NCBI GenBank assembly: GCA_965267345.1
Contig: OZ253947.1
Span: 489,964-553,963, forward strand
Direction: 5' to 3'
Length of the DNA: 64,000 nucleotides
Origin: Minisyncoccota bacterium
GTDB lineage: Bacteria; Patescibacteriota; Minisyncoccia; Phycocordibacterales; UBA2100
Shown: piece by piece, positions 61,276 to 64,000 of the stretch
Numbering within the stretch: the first letter of the stretch is position 1
Layout: each line of letters starts with the position of its first letter
Program-made: the position numbers and the translations under genes
The notes under the pieces: generated by a model
Database searches by the model: none
Told to the model about the DNA's origin: nothing
The model's input: only the letters and a program-made list of their open reading frames with translations

Positions 61276-61698
61276 ATGCTCCCCCACCACACCAAATTCA
61301 CGAAATACTTCTTCGCACTGTTTGTGCTCGTCGTTCTCGTCTATGCATACTTTAAAGCGCAGAGCTTCCTCTTCGGGCCGAGTGTCATCATTGACGCAAC
61401 CGACAATACCATCACCGTGCAGGATGAGCTCATTGATATCTCGGGCGCGACCGAAAACGTCGTTGACATCACTCTTAGCGGCCGGCCGATCATTATCGAC
61501 GACACCGGTGCCTTTACCGAGCGTGTATTACTGGCACCCGGCATGAACACCTTTGTATTTGAGGCACGCGACCGCTTCGATCGCCACACCCGCGAAACGC
61601 TCTATATCCTCTACGAGACAGACGGCACATCGCCGACGGCCGTTCCTGAAGTGCCACACACCGCGCCCATCACTGCCACGAGTACCCCCGAGCAGTAG
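61276..61698 (+). CDS. hypothetical membrane-anchored protein
   Basis: 140 aa, one N-terminal TM helix. Confidence 0.45.
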   Translation: MLPHHTKFTKYFFALFVLVVLVYAYFKAQSFLFGPSVIIDATDNTITVQDELIDISGATENVVDITLSGRPIIIDDTGAFTERVLLAPGMNTFVFEARDRFDRHTRETLYILYETDGTSPTAVPEVPHTAPITATSTPEQ

Positions 61699-61750
61699 CG
61701 CGTTGTACCTCACGCATATTCCGTTACAATGAGGAGATAATCAGCAATAT

Positions 61751-62809
61751 ATGGCAGCAAAAAAATCCGCAGCGAAGAAAAGTGCACCAAAAAAGTCAGC
61801 TCCCGCAAAACCAACAAAGCCGGAGAAAGACACGAGCAAGATTGAAGCCGCTGTCTCGGCGATAAAGACAAAGTTCGGCGACGAGGCAATCATGATGCTC
61901 GGCGATACCGGCAAAGTGAATGTCGACGCCATCCCTACCGGCTCCATTGGTGTGGACTGGGCACTGGGTATTGGCGGATTCCCGCGCGGCCGCGTTATCG
62001 AAATTTACGGACCGGAATCATCCGGTAAGACCACACTCTCGCTGCACGCCATTGCCGAATCACAGAAAAAAGGCGGTGTGTGTGCCTTCATCGACGCCGA
62101 GCATGCCCTCGACCCTGAGTACGCGCGCAAGATTGGCGTCAAAATTAACGACCTGCTCATTTCCCAACCGGACACGGGTGAACAGGCACTTGAAATTGTT
62201 GAGAGCCTCGTGCGCAGCGGCAACATCGACCTCATCGTCGTCGACTCAGTTGCTGCCCTCACCCCGAAAGACGAGATCGAGGGCGAAATGGGTGCCCACC
62301 ACGTCGGCAAGCAGGCACGCTTGATGAGTCAGGCGCTACGCAAACTCACGGCAATCACGGCAAAAACCAAAACGACCGTTATCTTCATCAACCAAGTGCG
62401 CATGAAAATCGGCGTTATGTTTGGCAACCCTGAAACCACACCCGGTGGTAAGGCGCTCAAATTCTACTCATCCGTGCGCCTCGATATTCGTCGCATTGCC
62501 CAAATCAAAAAAGGCACTGAAGTAATGGGTGGCCGTCACCGCGTCAAAGTGGCAAAAAACAAAATTGCTGCGCCATTCCGCACGGCAGAATTCGACCTAC
62601 TCTACAACGAAGGTATTTCACGCGAAGGCGAACTCCTCGCCCTTGGTGAGAAAATGGAGGTTATCGAAAAAGCGGGTGCCTCATACCGGTTTGATGATGT
62701 GGCACTGGGCCGCGGGTACGATGCCGCGCGCACTTTTCTGCGCGAAAACAGCAAAATTGCAACTGCCGTCCTCAAAGAGATCCGCACGAAACTGAAAGAG
62801 GAATCATAG
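61751..62809 (+). CDS. recA: recombinase RecA
   Basis: [17 protein letters not shown] Walker A, canonical RecA blocks throughout. Confidence 0.97.
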   Translation: MAAKKSAAKKSAPKKSAPAKPTKPEKDTSKIEAAVSAIKTKFGDEAIMMLGDTGKVNVDAIPTGSIGVDWALGIGGFPRGRVIEIYGPESSGKTTLSLHAIAESQKKGGVCAFIDAEHALDPEYARKIGVKINDLLISQPDTGEQALEIVESLVRSGNIDLIVVDSVAALTPKDEIEGEMGAHHVGKQARLMSQALRKLTAITAKTKTTVIFINQVRMKIGVMFGNPETTPGGKALKFYSSVRLDIRRIAQIKKGTEVMGGRHRVKVAKNKIAAPFRTAEFDLLYNEGISREGELLALGEKMEVIEKAGASYRFDDVALGRGYDAARTFLRENSKIATAVLKEIRTKLKEES

Positions 62810-63232
62810 ATCAAGCCAACGCTGCGCGTGCCTTTTATGGTCTGAGATCTCGCCAAGTAGACGTGCATACTGGACCCGAACGTCTTCAAGCATGTCTGCA
62901 AGCTCTCCATACAATACACGATCGCGTATATCCTGTGATGCTCTTTTTCTGCGGACCTCGGACGCAACCGACTCAAGTTCAATCATGAGCCCCATGAGCT
63001 GCTTGTCAATACGCGCAAACAGCTGCGAAACATCTTGCTTAAATTGACGCAATGAGTCGTCACGCTTGGCAGTCTCGCCTGCATCAAAGCCATCGGTTGA
63101 CTGCTTCAGTTTCTCAAAAAATGAAGCAAACTCTTTATAGTGGCTCTCGACTTCAGCGACACGCAGTGCAATCTGCTCATACGTCGACTCGCGCTGTATG
63201 TTCCCTTCAAATTTCATACTACTCTTGCGCAC
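62804..63232 (-). CDS. hypothetical alpha-helical protein
   Basis: 142 aa, predicted coiled-coil-like, overlaps recA stop by 6 nt on opposite strand. Confidence 0.4.
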   Translation of the reverse strand: MRKSSMKFEGNIQRESTYEQIALRVAEVESHYKEFASFFEKLKQSTDGFDAGETAKRDDSLRQFKQDVSQLFARIDKQLMGLMIELESVASEVRRKRASQDIRDRVLYGELADMLEDVRVQYARLLGEISDHKRHAQRWLDL

Positions 63233-63899
63233 GACGCTCCCCTGCTGCTGGATCGTCTTTACCGTCTAGTAATTGGCGTACTTCCTTTTGCTGTTTCTTG
63301 AGTTGCTCCCTTTTCTCGATGATGTCCTTGTATAGTCCTTCGTGCGAGGCGTCGAATTGCACGTTTGCAACATGCTCGAGCAGTTCACTTGCATAGTGTC
63401 CGTATTCGTCCGTACGCGCATCCCATGCCGCCAGCTGAGCCGCCAGCTCATCGGTGAGCGGCTGGTCACTGAGCGCTCCGAACCTTGTGCGTTCATTCAC
63501 ATATGATTCAAGGCCAGCTGATACACTTACGAGAATTTCAGTAATAAGGCGGTTTAGTTCAGCATTCACGTCCTGGTAGACTTCCTCGATTGGAGTTGTG
63601 ACGCGCTTGAGCTTTTCTCTAAGCTCTCTGCTTTCATAGGGCTCCAGAGCTGCCTCAGCATGATCAAGCGGTTTAAGAAACCTATTGAGCTGCTTCAGCT
63701 TTCCTGCATACGTATCAAGTGCTTCGAGTGCAGACGTCACATCACCGTGTTCATCAATACCTGATGGCGTGATACTGAAATTTTTCTTTGAGAAAAAGTG
63801 TGCCTGCTCGATCGCTGTCGTGACCTGCGCCGCCACCGACTCAGGTGGTTTCATTCGCACATTATCATTCGCGAGGTGTTTTGGTTCTATGCCTTCCAT
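63219..63899 (-). CDS. hypothetical alpha-helical protein
   Basis: 226 aa, overlaps downstream gene by 14 nt (operon). Confidence 0.4.
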   Translation of the reverse strand: MEGIEPKHLANDNVRMKPPESVAAQVTTAIEQAHFFSKKNFSITPSGIDEHGDVTSALEALDTYAGKLKQLNRFLKPLDHAEAALEPYESRELREKLKRVTTPIEEVYQDVNAELNRLITEILVSVSAGLESYVNERTRFGALSDQPLTDELAAQLAAWDARTDEYGHYASELLEHVANVQFDASHEGLYKDIIEKREQLKKQQKEVRQLLDGKDDPAAGERRAQE

Positions 63900-64000
63900 A
63901 CGTGCATAGTACCATCTCGCGCGACACTACTGCAGTGTCTCCCCTGATGCCAGCGTAGCATCCTCTTCTCCTAGCACCTCTTTAATGGACTGAATGTCTA

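Overview
This 64-kb window looks like a compact, gene-dense bacterial chromosome segment read in the standard genetic code. Long intact ORFs such as SecA, FtsK and a 1134-aa surface protein rule out UGA recoding. Most genes lie on the minus strand.

Content, in order:
- A secA-containing operon: holin-family membrane protein, FMN reductase, a small zinc-ribbon protein, SecA, an O-antigen-ligase/TPR protein and an inositol monophosphatase.
- A ~16-kb surface-glycan cluster (7.3–23.3 kb): at least 10 glycosyltransferases, two methyltransferases, a Wzx-like flippase, a cytidylyltransferase, an SDR epimerase/dehydratase, a nucleotide-sugar dehydrogenase and GalE.
- A two-gene module encoding a lamin-tail-domain (LTD) surface protein and a TraG/TraD/VirD4-like coupling-type ATPase.
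- A DUF4015 glycoside-hydrolase-like protein, then rsmI, murC, murD, tRNA-Leu(CAG) and a CNNM/CorC transporter.
- An unlinked rRNA arrangement: 16S rRNA plus tRNA-Ile(GAT) at 34.7–37.1 kb, and 23S–5S at 44.5–47.9 kb. Both sets are on the minus strand with about 7.4 kb of protein genes between them.
- secD, a mazG-like gene, secF, a sugar transferase and ftsW, which fill most of that gap.
- An MscS-like protein, an HTH–nucleotidyltransferase protein, rplJ–rplL, several small hypotheticals, a giant secreted cell-surface protein with a peptidoglycan-binding domain, a winged-HTH regulator, ftsK, recA and two helical hypotheticals.

No CRISPR array, transposase or integrase was seen.

The unusual signals are:
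- a tRNA-like element embedded inside the 23S gene;
- a duplicated 3' half of tRNA-Ile;
- a 16S 3' end without a canonical anti-Shine-Dalgarno sequence, matched by a scarcity of SD motifs upstream of starts;
- a dispersed family of perfect palindromes built on GTTTCGA-TTAA-TCGAAAC, including a composite inverted-repeat element with a partial copy inside the LTD gene;
- the LTD-protein/coupling-ATPase pair as a candidate DNA-handling surface system;
- a TGTCCGTTA repeat array around a winged-HTH regulator.

Gene content and rRNA organisation suggest a small-genome Patescibacteria/CPR-like bacterium; that is an inference. Coordinates for RNA genes and repeats are approximate (±2 nt).
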